This document shows, in pieces, positions 18,793 through 31,000 of a stretch of 61,726 nt of DNA. A program made the translations under genes and the position numbers. A model generated the notes under the pieces. It saw nothing but the letters and a program-made list of their open reading frames with translations, did not search any database and was not told the origin of the DNA. The DNA is taken from positions 1-61,726 of the IMG/VR virus record IMGVR_UViG_3300005611_000023; one strand, written 5' to 3'. Positions within the stretch are counted from its first letter, which is position 1; the number at the start of each line of letters is the position of its first letter. The DNA is from a virus (Duplodnaviria > Caudoviricetes).

Positions 18793-19436
18793 TGGCGATG
18801 GAGAAATTTAGAGCACCGCCGTTACCTAACCCCACGGCGCAGTACGACAACTTGCAGCAGACGCAGTTGATCCGTGCTATTGAGCTTTATTTTAGTCAGC
18901 TAGACTCGCAGACCCCGTTGCAAGCTGAGTATTTTAAGGGGCGTGGCGATGAGTTGACTATCCCATCAGCGTTGTATTTCAGCACTCAGGATCAGACTGT
19001 CGCTGTAATAGACACTGCTTATGATCTCACGTACAACAATGTGTACTACGAGAACGAGCTGACGCTAACCAGCAACAAAGAAATTTATGCGACTCGTACG
19101 GGCATTTACAACTTCCAGTTGTCCGCTCAGTTGTTTAGCGCAAGCTCCAGTGCAAAGACAATGCAGATATGGATTAACCGCGACGGTACAGATATTGGGT
19201 TTTCAGCACATGGTTATACGGTCAACGATAACAGCGCGTACGAAGAAGTAAACTGGAACTTTAACATCGACTTAGCTGCTGGTAGCTATATCAAAATTCG
19301 CTACGCTTCCGATAGTACAGACTTAAAATTTGACTCTACGGCAGCGTCTTCGCCCTATCCGGGTATTGCATCAGCCGTAATGGCGGTAAACTTCGTCTCT
19401 AGCACACGTGGGTTTACCATTGCAACACCGCCGTAA
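18792..19436 (+). CDS. Virion protein
   Basis: 214 aa; N-terminal helix, C-terminal beta domain (GIYNFQLSAQL). Confidence 0.6.
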   Translation: MAMEKFRAPPLPNPTAQYDNLQQTQLIRAIELYFSQLDSQTPLQAEYFKGRGDELTIPSALYFSTQDQTVAVIDTAYDLTYNNVYYENELTLTSNKEIYATRTGIYNFQLSAQLFSASSSAKTMQIWINRDGTDIGFSAHGYTVNDNSAYEEVNWNFNIDLAAGSYIKIRYASDSTDLKFDSTAASSPYPGIASAVMAVNFVSSTRGFTIATPP

Positions 19437-19453
19437 TTAAGGATAATGTCAAT

Positions 19454-21439
19454 ATGAGCCTTCAAACTGCAGCAGAAGCCGTCCGACAGCAAGGGCGTGG
19501 CGAAGACACAATGCTGATCCACATGACCCCAGATGAGGTCAAAGGATTACAGCAGTTGGCGATGGCGTATGGCGGCAGTCTTACAGTCAACCCAGAAACA
19601 GGTCTCCCTGAAGCTGGATTCCTCAAGTCCTTACTACCCACTCTGATTGGTGCTGGGTTGATGTTGATCCCCGGCGTCAACGCTATAGGCGCTGGACTTA
19701 TGGTGGGCGGCCTTGAAGCTGCACGTACTGGTGATATTGGCAAAGGTCTAATGGCTGGCCTTGGTGCGTACGGTGGCGCAGGTTTGACTAGCGGTTTGCA
19801 AGCGGCGGGAGCTGGAGCAGCAGCTCAAACTGGGCAAGGTTTAGCTAATTATGCTGGCCCCGCGTCCTCGTTTTCTCAAAACGTAGCCCAAGTTGGACAA
19901 GGTGCCTCTAATATATTTAGTTCTGGAGCGGCTGGGTCCGCCGCTAGATCTGGTTTTATGGCGGGTGTAGGTGGAGCTGGAGGACTAACAGCCAAAGCCA
20001 CCGGCGCTCTAGCGGCTCCATTATCTGAGCCAGTTCCAATACCTGAAGTAGCTCAACCAGAATACAACTACGATGGACCGTATAAGCCTACAGAGCGTAG
20101 GGTGCGGTACCCCGGACCAGATCGTGATCCTGCTGATTCTTCTGAGTTCCAGTATTTTGACGTTGTAAACCCCGCTCCCGGTTTTGAGCCTATTGGGGAC
20201 AGCACGCCAACAACTCAGCCTATATACAATTATGGCTCAGAAGCTCCTCGCTTTGCGGGTATCCCAGTAGAAATGGCAACCGACCCAGAGCGTATGCGGG
20301 ACTACCAGCAGAACCCAGACTTATATAGTTTTGCTGGAGGTGGCGTAGCTAAACCTCAATTTACTCAAACACCTGCTCCCACCCCTGCGGCGCCTATTAA
20401 CACAGCGCCAACGGGTTATGTAGCGGGGCGCGATGCTGAGTTTGATTATGGCTTCCGACCTATGGCTAACAACATGCCATCTACGCAACCAGTAGGGCAA
20501 GGTTTAGGCAGCATTGAGATTGGGCCGGGTACAGGGTTTGCGGCTACTAGGTTAACTGGCGCTCAGCATGAAGAATTATTCCGTCGAAATATGGCTAAGC
20601 ATCCAACATTTGGTCCGGCTTTAAGAGCAGCAGGATATGCAGAAGGCGGTGCGGCAGAAGCATCGGCTCCTCCGGAAGGGTACGTTGCGGGGCAAGATGC
20701 TGAGTTTGTGTATGGTTTCCAACCAATGGCCACGCAAGTACCAGAGATCCAAGCGGAAGCGGCGAGAGAAAACACTTTAATTCAAGCTCCCGCTATGTCA
20801 GGTGGCGATGGTGGGGATTACATGGGGCCGGGCACACCAATTAACCGTGTGAACAACCCATTACCACAAGAGGCGCGTACAAATATTGTTGACCAAATTA
20901 GGGCAGCACAAATGGAGCGGGCACTAGCTGCTGCTCAAGTAGCGCAGGGTGCTACCCCTAGTGAAGGCGGTAACTGGCAGGGTAATGAGACTCCTGACGG
21001 CGGTGGGTACGAAACTATGAGTGGAGCTGGTTCTTATACCGGCAGTATCGACCGAAATGAAGCGTATTTCCGTGCTGGCGGCATGACAATGGACGACGGC
21101 GGGTTTGTAATTGATGCCCACACTGTCTCTGAGATCGGCAACGGTAGCTCAGATGCGGGCCATATGCAGCTTAGCCGCCTTGGCGGGGAGCCAATCAAAG
21201 GGCCGGGTGACGGCACAAGTGATTCAATAAAAGCGAATATCGGTGGCGTGCAGGAAGCGCGTATTGCTAAGGACGAGAACTACTTGTCCAAAGAGGATGT
21301 GAAGCGCCTTGGTGGGGGCAACCTCAAGAAAGGTGAGAAGATGCTTTACAAACTTATGGCAGAAGCGCACAAGTCACGTAAGAACAAAGGACGCGGGCAG
21401 GCTACCGGATTAGATAAACTAATTGCTCGGATGGCTTAA
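19454..21439 (+). CDS. Internal virion/ejection protein
   Basis: 661 aa; GRGEDTMLIHMTPDE, NPETGLPEA, GPGDGTSDSI motifs; Gly/Ala-rich hydrophobic stretch. Confidence 0.65.
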   Translation: MSLQTAAEAVRQQGRGEDTMLIHMTPDEVKGLQQLAMAYGGSLTVNPETGLPEAGFLKSLLPTLIGAGLMLIPGVNAIGAGLMVGGLEAARTGDIGKGLMAGLGAYGGAGLTSGLQAAGAGAAAQTGQGLANYAGPASSFSQNVAQVGQGASNIFSSGAAGSAARSGFMAGVGGAGGLTAKATGALAAPLSEPVPIPEVAQPEYNYDGPYKPTERRVRYPGPDRDPADSSEFQYFDVVNPAPGFEPIGDSTPTTQPIYNYGSEAPRFAGIPVEMATDPERMRDYQQNPDLYSFAGGGVAKPQFTQTPAPTPAAPINTAPTGYVAGRDAEFDYGFRPMANNMPSTQPVGQGLGSIEIGPGTGFAATRLTGAQHEELFRRNMAKHPTFGPALRAAGYAEGGAAEASAPPEGYVAGQDAEFVYGFQPMATQVPEIQAEAARENTLIQAPAMSGGDGGDYMGPGTPINRVNNPLPQEARTNIVDQIRAAQMERALAAAQVAQGATPSEGGNWQGNETPDGGGYETMSGAGSYTGSIDRNEAYFRAGGMTMDDGGFVIDAHTVSEIGNGSSDAGHMQLSRLGGEPIKGPGDGTSDSIKANIGGVQEARIAKDENYLSKEDVKRLGGGNLKKGEKMLYKLMAEAHKSRKNKGRGQATGLDKLIARMA

Positions 21440-21864
21440 TGCAGGTATCTGCTGTACCGGCTGAATACGTCAAAGAGGTTTGGCCGGACATTAAAGAGTA
21501 TATGCAAGGGGCGGCTGACTATACGTACGGTCGCTACGATGTAGACGATATATTGGATCTGATTACCGATTACGACTACACCTTGTGGATTGCATTTACT
21601 GAAGAAGGTATAAAGGGTGCAGTTGTTACAAGTTTTATCGATTATCCTCGTAAGCGCATGCTTTGCATGCAGTTTTGCGGTGGGATTGAAGTTACTAGCT
21701 GGCAAACACAAATGCTAGAATTACTGCAACGCTGGTCGAAAGACAACGATTGCGACGGAATAGAATCCACTGGAAGAGTAGGGTGGAGCAAAGTATTCAA
21801 GTCTGATGGCTACAAACCGCTATGGCAGACTTACGAACTTCCTTTAGGAGTGGAAAATGGGTAA
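21439..21864 (+). CDS. GNAT-like small protein among ejection genes
   Basis: 141 aa; C.GIE.TGR.GW.K motif, typical position in podovirus ejection modules. Confidence 0.45.
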   Translation: MQVSAVPAEYVKEVWPDIKEYMQGAADYTYGRYDVDDILDLITDYDYTLWIAFTEEGIKGAVVTSFIDYPRKRMLCMQFCGGIEVTSWQTQMLELLQRWSKDNDCDGIESTGRVGWSKVFKSDGYKPLWQTYELPLGVENG

Positions 21865-22807
21865 AGGTAGCGGACCTTCACAGCCAAGCAGCCAAACGGT
21901 AACGCAGACCAATCTGCCAGAATACGCTCGTCCGTATTTTGAAAACCTTTTGCAACGTACTCAGGCTGAGTCGTATAGAGATTACACACCTTACCAAGGT
22001 CAGCGCATCGCTGGCTTTACTCCGGGCCAACAGCAAGTACAAAGCGAAGTCGCTGGTATGCAGACTCCGGGGCAGTTCCAAGGCGCTAACCAGATGACCA
22101 CTGCCGCTGGGCTAGGTTCATTAGGCGCAGGTGCTCAAGCTATGGGTGCTGGACAGCAGTACGCCCAGATGGCTACCGACCCAAGTCAGATGCAGTCCTA
22201 CATGTCTCCATATATGCAGAATGTAGTCGATACGCAGAAGTCAGCGGCTATCCGTGACGCACAGAAGCAACAACTAGGTGCGAGCCTAGGGGCGGCTAGA
22301 CAAGGCACATACGGCGGTGCCCGTCAACTCTTGGCACAGACTGAACGAGAGCGTAATCTGGGTTCACAACTTGCCAACATCCAAGCGGCTGGCTCTCAAA
22401 AAGCATTTGAAGCAGCTCAACAGGCACAACAGTTTGGTTCGCAACTCGGACTACAGGGCATCCAGACTGGACTGCAGGGTCTTGGACAAGTTGGACAAAT
22501 GGGTGCTCAGTTAGGTCAGTTAGGTACATCGCAACAAGCGGCTGACCTGCAGAGACTACAGGCGCAAGCGGCATCGGCTGGCGAACAGCGTGCTCTTGAC
22601 CAACAACGCATGGATACAGCTTACTCTGACTTCCTGCGTCAGCGTGACTACCCAATGGAGCAGCTTGGCTTCTACAGCTCTATCCTCCGTGGGTTGCCAG
22701 TACAGATGGGGTCTACGCAGACCGCGTACGCCCAGCCACCATCAATGCTACAGCAGGTAGGCGGTCTGGGACTGTCTGCTCTCGGCCTGTATAACTTGGG
22801 ACGATAG
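21857..22807 (+). CDS. Internal virion/DNA pilot-like protein
   Basis: 316 aa Q/A/G-rich; YMSPYMQNVVD and GTYGGAR motifs. Confidence 0.65.
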   Translation: MGKGSGPSQPSSQTVTQTNLPEYARPYFENLLQRTQAESYRDYTPYQGQRIAGFTPGQQQVQSEVAGMQTPGQFQGANQMTTAAGLGSLGAGAQAMGAGQQYAQMATDPSQMQSYMSPYMQNVVDTQKSAAIRDAQKQQLGASLGAARQGTYGGARQLLAQTERERNLGSQLANIQAAGSQKAFEAAQQAQQFGSQLGLQGIQTGLQGLGQVGQMGAQLGQLGTSQQAADLQRLQAQAASAGEQRALDQQRMDTAYSDFLRQRDYPMEQLGFYSSILRGLPVQMGSTQTAYAQPPSMLQQVGGLGLSALGLYNLGR

Positions 22808-22810
22808 AAG

Positions 22811-25018
22811 ATGAAAGCATATAGCATCACAGCCCCTGAAGAGATTGCGAAAGAGTACGGTGGCAACAAGAAGAAAATTCAACAAGCTGCGGCTCAAGGG
22901 CTAATTAACCCTACAGAAGCAGTTATGGCCGGTATGTTTATTGACCGTATGCGTAACGCAGCAATGCAAGAGCAAGCTCAGCAGCCTACCGTTGCCGAGC
23001 AGGTAATGAACCCGCAGCCACAAATGCCTCCACAGGGTATGGCGGCTATGCCACCAGCGCAGCAGATGCCACCTCAAGCGCAAATGGGACGCCCTGCTCC
23101 ACAACCTCAGATGCCACCACAACCTATGCCTCAACAGATGGCAATGGGCGGTGGACTGGATGCTATCCCTTACAACGAAGGAAGTTATGCACCGGGTGGT
23201 GTGGTGTCGTTTAATGTGGGCGGCGGTTACGGTGAAACTATGGCTCAGTTACGCAGGCAACTGGGCGCGGCGCGTACGCAAGCCCAAAGGGATCAGATTG
23301 AGTCTGCTATGAGTCAACTTCGCGCTCAGTATGAACAGCCTTCGCTTGTTCCCGGTGATGATGGCGTAAACATTGATGACCTTGTGCGTCAAAATGTAGG
23401 ACAACCCATCCGACAGGGACTAAACAATTTAGGTAGCGGTATCCAAGCAGGTTTTAATGCGTTAACTAGCGCATTTGGTTCTGGGGATACTAGCGATCCA
23501 TTTGCTGTAGGTATGGAGAGTTTTGAAGACCCGCAACGCACTGCTGGACAGACAGCCCCTATGCGGTCAACTGACCTAAGTTTAGCCGCACAGCAGAACA
23601 TAATCGCACAGCTTTCCCCTGAACAAAAAGCGAGACGCGCAGGGCTTGGTGAACTTGCGGCTCCGGAAGCTCTTGCCATGTTAGGTGAGGGTAAAGGCAC
23701 TGGTGCAAATGAAACGTTCTTGACCCCTGAAGATATTGCAAGGTTACGTAAATCGCAGATAAAGCCGCGGGGGCTAAATGCTGTTGCTTCTCCTATGACC
23801 GCAGATGATGCCATAGCCGCTTTAGGCGAGCGTAAAGGTACGGGTGCAAACGAAACGTTCGTACAAGCACCGACTGTAGAAGAACAAGTTCAACAGACTC
23901 AAGCAGGGGCGACTATTGAAGATACGGGTATTTCGGAGCAACCGACTGTTTCTGAACAAATCACCGCGTCGGAACAAGCGGCACCGGCGGTAGCCGCTCC
24001 GGAAGCAGATGCAACCGAAAAAGAAACTGGAAAAACTAAGAGCGTTGAAGATTACTTCAAAGAGCTTTCTGGTTTACGTGATGAAGAACCCGGACCCTAC
24101 ACTCAAGAATTACGAAATGAACTGGCTAATCGTGCCGATACAATGTCTGCGGCGAAGAAGGATGCCTTCAATATGGCGCTTCTGCAGACCGGTCTGGGTA
24201 TGTTGAGTCAAGAAGGTCAACCGGGCGGCGCATTACAAGCCGCAGGTAAAGCCGCGCTACCAGCAGTTAAAGAAGCCACTGCGGCCATCAGAGCGGCTAA
24301 GAAAGAAGATCGTGAACTTCTTAAAATGGGTGCTAGTATCGAACAAGCAGAAGGTAGACGGAAAGACGCGCTACTCAATGCCGCTGTTAAACAACATGGT
24401 GCCGACAAGACGGCGGCTGCTACGATCAGGGCCGCTGAAGTCAATGCAAACCGCGAAACTGACTTTGACCGGAAGATCAATGGACTTGTCGGTGGGTATA
24501 AAGCAGCGGATAAAGCGATGGGCGCTGAGATGCAGCCCGATGAAGTCTATGAAGCACAAGCTATCCGGTACGTGGAAGAGCAATCCATCAAGCGGGCTCA
24601 AGTCGCCGCTGGTGCCACTACCGCTAAGACGGTTACTTCCGAAACAGAAGATTGGCGTGGACGTAGAGAAGACTTTATCGCTGGCTTAGAAGGCACAGAT
24701 GGCTTATCGCAGAAAGCTGAATGGGCGGGTGCGTTTAGAAACTCTGAAGGTAGGGCGCCAACTAACGAAGAGTGGCAACAAGAGAAGCAACGACGCATTA
24801 GAGAGTGGAACCAACGTAACCCACAACCCGGCACGGCTCCACAACCCGATCAAGGGCAACAAAATGCTATTGCTTCGGGGGCTGGCACTCAAACAAGCCC
24901 ATTCGTAGTAACTCAACGCGTGCCTGTATCACAAATGGTCGTAGGTAAGTATTATAGTTTCCCTAACGGCGTAACTGCTATCTATCGTGGCAACGGTAAA
25001 TTTGAAACAGTTAAATAG
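22811..25018 (+). CDS. Internal virion/ejection protein
   Basis: 735 aa Q/A/E-rich, low complexity; FNMALLQTGLGML. Confidence 0.65.
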   Translation: MKAYSITAPEEIAKEYGGNKKKIQQAAAQGLINPTEAVMAGMFIDRMRNAAMQEQAQQPTVAEQVMNPQPQMPPQGMAAMPPAQQMPPQAQMGRPAPQPQMPPQPMPQQMAMGGGLDAIPYNEGSYAPGGVVSFNVGGGYGETMAQLRRQLGAARTQAQRDQIESAMSQLRAQYEQPSLVPGDDGVNIDDLVRQNVGQPIRQGLNNLGSGIQAGFNALTSAFGSGDTSDPFAVGMESFEDPQRTAGQTAPMRSTDLSLAAQQNIIAQLSPEQKARRAGLGELAAPEALAMLGEGKGTGANETFLTPEDIARLRKSQIKPRGLNAVASPMTADDAIAALGERKGTGANETFVQAPTVEEQVQQTQAGATIEDTGISEQPTVSEQITASEQAAPAVAAPEADATEKETGKTKSVEDYFKELSGLRDEEPGPYTQELRNELANRADTMSAAKKDAFNMALLQTGLGMLSQEGQPGGALQAAGKAALPAVKEATAAIRAAKKEDRELLKMGASIEQAEGRRKDALLNAAVKQHGADKTAAATIRAAEVNANRETDFDRKINGLVGGYKAADKAMGAEMQPDEVYEAQAIRYVEEQSIKRAQVAAGATTAKTVTSETEDWRGRREDFIAGLEGTDGLSQKAEWAGAFRNSEGRAPTNEEWQQEKQRRIREWNQRNPQPGTAPQPDQGQQNAIASGAGTQTSPFVVTQRVPVSQMVVGKYYSFPNGVTAIYRGNGKFETVK

Positions 25019-25026
25019 GGGCTAGC

Positions 25027-28000
25027 ATGGCTGAATCGAATCTATTTACATTAGACGATGTCTTCCCTACGCCCCAAACTACTGATAAAGAAACTCAAGA
25101 AGGCGTGTTTACGCTAGATGATGTTTTCGGTGCGCCTCAACAAACTCAACAGGAAACGTTCACCCAAGAGCAGGCGTTTGCGTCTCCCCTTGAACAGCCC
25201 GACGTAGAAGATGCGGGCTTCTTTAGGTCCGTAGGCGACGTTGGTCTTGGTATTGGCCAAGGTGTTTTAACTATTACCGATGCGGTCGCCACAGCGTTTG
25301 CTGGCGCGGACAGCGATCTATCTAAAGGTATCAGTAGCGCAAAGGGCTATCTAGCAGAACTCCTATCTGCGGAAGGCAAACAAGATGCTGCTCGCGCCGC
25401 ACAAATCCTAAAAGAAGCCGAAGACGCTGGAGTTCTAGACGGACTTTGGGCGGGTGTTCGTGCCGTAGCCGCAGACCCATCAGGCATGATTTCTCAAGGT
25501 GTCGGTAGTTTGGTGCCTTTCTTAGCGGCTAACTTATTAACTGGTGGCGGTGCCACTGGCGCAGTAGCCCTAGGTTCTTTGGGTGCTACATCTGGCGCGG
25601 GTATTGTTAAAGAAAGTATTTACGATGCCGTTAAAAATGAGCTTATGGCTAACGGAGAATCCGAAGCCAAAGCAGAAAAGATTGCCGCACAAGCTCAAAG
25701 TTACGGTGGGGATAACTTAGACCAGATTTTACTTGGCGGTGGGCTAGGTATATTTGCTTCTCTGGGTCCAGCAGAAAAGTTAGGATTCAATAAGGCGCTC
25801 AAAGGCAATATTGCCAAGCGTATGGGTATTAAGTCTCTTGAAGAGGCTATACCTGAAGCGATCCAAGCGGGACAAGAACAAGCTGCTGCTAATATCGCGT
25901 TGCAACGTGAAGGGTTTGATGTAGACACATTCCGTGGGGTGACAGCACAAGCCACTGCTGAAGGTATTATAGGCGGTATTCTTGGCGCACCTGCGGGTAT
26001 TGCAAGAGCACCTGATGACCCCGATAAATTCGTTGAGGACGCGGGCGCAGAAGAAGACGTAGAAGCAATTAAAGCTCTCGTTAACGAGTCCCAGAAAGTT
26101 AAATCGGGGCAGCCAGAGGCTACGGATGAAACGGACGATTTACAACCTGACACCGGAGGAGTTGAGCCTAGCGTTCCTACACCTGATGGGCAGCTTGGAG
26201 AACAACCAACTACCGTATCACCTGCAGAACCTGCAGTCGGAGGAGTGGAGCCAGCTCCTAGCAGCGTTGATGATGCTGGAGTTGGAGAAGGAGATGTCAA
26301 CACTGCATTAGCCCTTGCCGCTCGTCTGGAAGAAGCAGAAGCAGAGTTAGCAGAAATGCAAACAGAGTTTGAGGGTGCATCCGCGCAGGTTCAAACCGAC
26401 CTTCAGACTACTGAACCAGAAGCGCAAGACATGCTCGCCAAACATGCTGACCTTGTGGCTGCTAAAGATCAGGAAGTAGCACAGCTACGGCAGCAATATG
26501 AAGCAGTGCAGCAAAGACTACAACCAAAGACAGCAGAAACGGTTATTGAGCGCACTACACCTGAAGGTGAAACTACGACGGAGACTCGTACTGGACCTGC
26601 TACCGACGCGGAGTTAGGTATTCCAGCAAAGCCAACAAAGCCGGGGCGTAGGTCTGTGCAAGACATCGACGTTGAGCGGGAGGCGGAAAGAGTTAATAAG
26701 GCGGTAGATACACCGAAAGCGACACAGCGTACCAAGAAGCAAATTCTTCAATCTGCTCGTGAGATGACTGGGCGGGTTACTCGTGATGAGGCCACGGCGC
26801 AGGAGCTAGAAGCTGAAGTAGAACGTATCCGTACTACAGAAGGCGAAGACGCAGCAAATATGTTTGCTGATGAAGCTCAAAAGATTCTGAACAAATCTGC
26901 TACTGACAAACGCCAACTTAAAGTGACGGGTAAACGTAAGCCCAAATCCAAACAAGTTGATGAACCGGCGGCAGACGCACAAGATGAAGCGGAAATACGT
27001 AATCTTGCTAAGCGATTGATGGATGCTCAGTCCAAGGCCGCAGAAGACACTGACCACAGGGCTCGAAAGCGTGGGCTAAAGGCCGCCGCTACTCGCGCAA
27101 ACAAACAGCTATTTGAAGGTATTGCTCAGTTCTATGGTAGGGAGTTAGACCCAGAAGACCGTATCGCTGTAGCCAGTGCTTTAATGAGTGGGCAACCGCT
27201 ACCAGACCTAAAGGCTAAAACAGTAGCCCCTGAAGTTGAACCCGAGTTAAATCCTGAGACTGGCTTAGAGAACCCGGGCAAGAAGCAAAAAAATCAGGGT
27301 GGCCGCCCTAAAATGTATGAAGGCGAGCAAGCTGAACAACGTGCCGCTGAACGTACTCAAGACTCTACTGCGCGGATGACATTACAGCGGGCGGTAGAGC
27401 GGGCGGTTGAAGTGCTTAGCACTCCTACTCTTGATATGTTCAAAGCCATCTATGGGGAGACTAACCCAGCGGTTCAGGACGCAGAGACTCTTACCGAGTT
27501 ATTAGAAGATGTTTATAACGGCGATGTGGACGCATTACGTGATGATATGCGTATCATCATGGATATCCGAGCGAGCCGTATAGCCGATGCGTTCCGTGTG
27601 CTTAAAAATACAACAGTGGGCGCTAAAACTAAGGCTAAGCAGTTAGCCAAAGATATTGTTGAGGACACAGGCGGTAAGTTTGATATTGCTCCAGAAGAGC
27701 GAGCACGTGCCGAACAAATGGCGGAAACTGACCCAGAGCTATCAAGACGCTCACGCCCAGAACAATCTATAGAAGATAGAGCTGCTCCACCACAGGCTCA
27801 ATTATTGGGCGATACAACCAACGATACTGTTGACCGTACTTTTGAAGGCTTTAATACCGCTCGTGCCGCACTTGACCATATTATTGAGACAGGCACGGCG
27901 TTTGAGAAACTACTCGCTCGCCGTATCCGTAAAGCGGTCGGTAATGTGCAAATACGTATCGTCCGTAACCTTGAGGATATACCACCAAGATTGCGCTCCA

Positions 28001-31000
28001 GTTTTGAAGGGCGTAACGCCGCACGTGGTGTATACGTACACAAGAGCGAACAAGGCAATATCGTTTATCTAAACGATATAAACGGGCGTGGTGACGGCCT
28101 CACAAACACAATTATCCTGCATGAGTTATTCCACGCGGCTACTGAGGGGCTGATCGGCACTCGTATCCAAGAGATCGAGGAAGACTCTGAAAATTATATG
28201 GCTAACACAACCCGCCGCGCTCTACAGCAGTTAACAGTTGTTATGGATGCGGCGCGTAAAGTTTATTTGGAACGAGAGCAGTATGGGCTTACCACTGCTA
28301 GAGAAGACAGATTGTATGCGCTTGGTGCTTTTGATGACCTACGTGAGTTTGTAGCTTACGGCTTTACACAGCCTGAGATGCAGACATTCCTCACAACTGT
28401 TCCGGGTATTTTTGCTACTCAAGAAGCCAAGAACCAGAACTTGTTTGGGCGGTTTGTGGACCTTGTCCGCAAGATGTTCAATATTCCAGACAACGTATCT
28501 ACAGCGTTCTTAGATTTAGTTGCTTTGGGTGACCAAATTGTCGATGCACCTTTTATAGACATGAGCGAAGGCATACTGCTTGAAGCTAACTCGACTCAAG
28601 GGCAGAAAAAACAAAAAGACGTAGATCGGAAAATACTGAACTCCAACACAGGCAACCAGTTCCGTCAGGGCATGGGGCAGTCTATAAAGAACAGCTTCCG
28701 TAATTGGGCGCAGATGAAAAGCCTGCTAGTTAATGGTTTTGAGAGTATGGATGTGGGCCGCGTGTTTACGTTTGCGAAAGCGGCCACCGCCGATCAATTA
28801 GCAGATTGGGCTTCCTCTGTAGGTATGGGCAAAATCGCAGAGGTTAATAACATCATCCAGAAAAAGATGGTGCCGTACAAAGACCAGATACTGGCTGATT
28901 TACATCAGAAGGTTAAAGAGTGGGAAGCCTTTAACACCAAGTATCCCAAGTTAATACAGGCGTTCGTAGACATGCTGCACTACGCCACACTGACTGGCGT
29001 TGATCCCGCTTCTTATGCAGATGTAGATGACGCATTGCAAACTGCTCCAGACTTAATTGAAGCGCGAAACAACCTGCAAACAGCGATCAATAACAATGAC
29101 TCTGCTGGGCGTATTCGTGGCTTGAGGGCAAACGTTACTAAAATCGAAAACACTATCCGCGATACTTTTGAGCGGTGGGAAAACATCAAGGAAAACTCTG
29201 AAAGTGTTACCCGTAAGCGTCCAAAGCGGGACAAGAACCTGAATATTATTAAGGACGCCAACGGCAAGCCGGTTATTGAAACCGTGACAATGCCTGAAGC
29301 GCAGTTCTTGTACGAGATGATCCGTAACAAGTATCGAGATACCTACGTCGAACGTAAGAAACTGTTACGAGCGCAGGTAGAAAACTCAGGTTTGAGTGGT
29401 GATCCTAATGATCCTTCTACGCCACTGGGTAAAGCACTCGCTGGGCTAGAAGAAACGTTCGCTAAGGCAGACAAGGTTAAGGTCTATTTCCCGTTAATGC
29501 GCCAAGGCAAACACTGGGTGCGTATCGGGCGCGGTAAAAACAAAATTTTTGCGATGTTTGAAGATCGGCTGTCCCGTGACATGTACATCGACAACATGGT
29601 TGAGCAGATGCGAGCTAATGGGGAAGCGTCTACTAAGCAAGAGCTAGAAGAAATGGGGTTCATTGCAAAAGGGGATGACACTCGTAACTTCCAGACTGAG
29701 CTTATGAAGATAAGCCCCGGTGACCAAGGCGCGGCTATTTTGCGCCAGATTGATAACCAGATTGCCGGTGCTACTAATCTAAGCCAAAAAGAGATTGAAG
29801 CACTGCGTAATAACATATTCCAGATGTACCTGATGACCCTGCCGGACCGTGATATTCGCAAGCGGTTTTCGCCACGTAAGGGTACCGCAGGTTTCTCGGG
29901 CGACGGTTTACGTAATTTCATCATCTCGGAGCTATCTGCCGCTAACCAGTTATCTCGCATGAAATACTCATCAGAGATCCGTTTGCGGTTGGGCGAAGCA
30001 GAGGAGCTTTCCAAAATAGGTTCAAATGCAGCCCAGCGTGGGGTGTTGTTCAGAGAGTTTGCTCAGCGTGTCGAAGACGAGATGCTTCCAGAGTACGACG
30101 AGTCAATCTTCCAGAAGCTAGCAGGGCTTGGTAACCAAGCAGCGTTCATCATGATGCTGACCAGTATCAAGTCAGCACTCGTTCAGTTCACACAGCTACC
30201 GATTGTAGGCACCAACGTGCTTGCGGCTGAGTACGGCTATACCAAGACATTTGGCATGATGGGTAATTATGCCCTTCTGTTTAACAAGTTAGGTACTTCC
30301 AAAATCGATCCCGTCACGGGCGAGATGATTACGCAGTGGGGACAGCCATCCGTAGGCGACTCTAAGTACGCCCATAAGAAGCCACATCTACGCAAGGCGT
30401 GGGAGTGGGCGCACAACCTGAATATGTTCCAGCAGACTTATTCTGCCGATCTTGGTGGCGCAGCTAAGGAGCCTACAGCTAACTCACTACGCGCAGGTAA
30501 CCGCATTAGTCGCGGTGTGTATAACTTAATGACCGGTGCGTTTTTCCATTCAGAGCGACTCAGCCGTGAAGTTATGTATATGAGCGCGTTTGAGATGGAG
30601 TATGACAAGCAGGTCAAGGCCGGTAAATCTGCGGATGAAGCGCAAGAACTTGCACAAGAGAAAGCCTACGAGCTGACTAAAGAAGCGCTGTTCAACTATT
30701 CGCAGTTCAACAAGCCGCCAATCATGAAGAAGTACGCTATCTCTCGGTTAGCGTTCCAGTTTATGACGTACACCCAGCAAATGGTCGTGTTCTTAATGAA
30801 GAATCTGTATCAGATGATTCGTCTAGAGCCAACTATGGAAGGACGTATTGAAGCGTCCCAGAAGTTTATGGGTACGTTGATAGCAACAACTCTGTTTGCG
30901 GGTATCCCCGGGTTGCCGTTGTATTCAGTTGTGACTGGTACGATCAACGCTTTCCGTGAAATGGAGCGGCCTGACGAAGAAGATGATGAAATGCGTGCGC

